Shown piece after piece: positions 38,054 through 39,862 of a DNA stretch of 39,862 nt; positions within the stretch are counted from its first letter, which is position 1; each line of letters begins with the position of its first letter. Below the pieces are notes generated by a model that made no database searches, was not told where the DNA came from, and worked only from the letters and a program-made list of their open reading frames with translations. The stretch is taken from contig NC_068986.1 in NCBI RefSeq assembly GCF_001194135.2, forward strand, positions 58,950,467 through 58,990,328, given 5' to 3'. A program made the translations under genes and the position numbers. The DNA comes from Octopus bimaculoides (lineage: Eukaryota).

Positions 38054-38785
38054 TATAACAATAAAGTAAATAAGCTGCGAGACGAGGAATTAATATATAC
38101 AAATATATTAATTCGTATCAGTTCGCAGCGAAGAACTCTTATCGATATAACATCTCCAGGAACAGATTTTATAATGAAATTCAGAATAGATTCAAATGCC
38201 TCCATACAAATTATATATATAGTCAAAGTTTAGTAGTAATCGAAGCTCAGTTAACAAAGCTCAAACAACTAAGCTTCTTCATGTTGTTTTTTTTATACAA
38301 AGCATCTAAGCTTAGAAGATACAACTGGCGACTTGGAAATCCTACGTTTGAAGTAAAAAATTCCACTTGCATGCAGTTTCTATTATAAACCGTTGATGTG
38401 TGTAATGTCTCATGTAAATAAGATATTTCCGTTTTTACCAAACACAGAAAATGTTACGGTTTGCTTCATTCGGTTGTCGAGAAGGTCTTGACTAATTAGA
38501 GTATTGTTTTACTATCTGCAAGATCTACTGTTCGTATTAATGTTGTTGGTACAGGACTATGTTGTATGCAAGACATTTAACTCATAATAACATTCACCAA
38601 CTATAAATATGGGCCATTGTAGAAAGCGAATGATAATATAGGTATTAATGGGCTTTGATTCTTCAAAGGTGCTAGAAAACAAAATAAACGACGTGCATTC
38701 AAGTGGCATCTCAACGAGTGAATGGATAACCTGAAAGTACTGTATGCTAATAACTGAATCAATGTTCTGAGTTCCAATCTGGACG

Positions 38786-38891
<106 letters not shown>

Positions 38892-39363
38892 ATCTGGTAA
38901 AAAAAAAGCCGGTTATGGTCAGACAGGGAGAAGCATAGGTTTCTTCAAATTTAGATACCCATGTCATACTATTTGCTATGACGGCCCACCTACAATTCAA
39001 CCTGAAGCTGAATGGAGAAAGGCGGGGCAATCGTGGCAAACTTAAACTCTCGACGAGTCTAGTTGAACCTTAATTTCAAATTCTTGCTAAAGTTATATTC
39101 TCATTTTGATTATGATCTCCAGAAAGGTTTGAACGTCGCAAGTCCAATTTACCTTATGTAGATATAATAAAAGAATAGAACTCCAATAAATACACATATT
39201 ATTGTACAGATATAAACTACAGACGTCAATCGCAAGCGTGTTTGACTTGGTAGCGTGTACCGTGCTTTCGCTAATTGTTTAGGTGACTATGTAGGTGCAA
39301 GTAGACATAGACACCTTCACTCAGCAGAACTTCCGGGATGTGACAGCGGGAGAGATAACTACG

Positions 39364-39500
39364 CTAGGTTGCTATTTATTTTTCAGTTAAGTGGACTGAA
39401 TCAACGGGAAACTAAGTGCCTTGCTCAAGGACACTATGCGTTGCCCGGTTCGGGAATCAGATCTATAACCTTACGATTAGTTTGTAGGCCACGTACACTG
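39364..39500 (-). mobile_element. Diverged SINE (third family) fragment
   Basis: aagtggactgaatcaacgggaaactaagtgccttgctcaaggacactatgcg...gggaatcagatctataacc. The minus strand contains gtgtccttgagcaaggcactt, typical of tRNA-SINE central domains. Confidence 0.55.
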
Positions 39501-39828
39501 AGTTTACAAAAGTATTGCTAAAAGTTTTCTTACGTTAGTGCTAGACAAATAATGTGTAGAGGACATATAGATGTTTGAATCAAACGTCCATACATTTTAT
39601 TTGTACTTTTCGAGCCCCGAAAGAACGAAAGCCCAAGCTGCCTTCTGCAAGGATTGAATTCAGAACGTCGAGGAGTTTAAAACAGTTTTGGTTACTTCAC
39701 TATCATCTTCGGAGAGCTATCACCACAGATACTCATTGATGTTTAGTGACCAAACACTCATATATCTTTTCTCTTTTACCTTTTACTTTGTTCAATCGTC
39801 GCACCGCGTTTATACTTGGACATCACCT

Positions 39829-39862
<34 letters not shown>

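Overview
AT-rich, microsatellite-saturated eukaryotic scaffold with 13 N-gaps. It is most consistent with a cephalopod (Octopus-like) genome; this is inferred from the SINE families and repeat density, not from a search. No intact host protein-coding gene is recognisable, and most listed ORFs are simple-repeat or gap artefacts. The window is a collection of decayed mobile elements: a Tx1/L1-type LINE RT fragment, an RTE-like LINE 3' fragment, a Penelope-like GIY-YIG fragment, a D,D34D mariner, three same-strand R4/Dong-type REL retrotransposon fragments separated by (TAA)n, a GTF2IRD2/SPIN-like hAT transposase pseudogene with a nested 230-bp Mutator-like MITE, a Helentron/DINE-like element and several tRNA-head SINEs. 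The most unusual object is a 716-bp foldback element (14754-15469). Each of its ~300-bp arms carries a minimal type-I hammerhead ribozyme motif of the Penelope type; the catalytic core is intact on the minus strand and mutated on the plus strand. All alignments and counts were done by eye.
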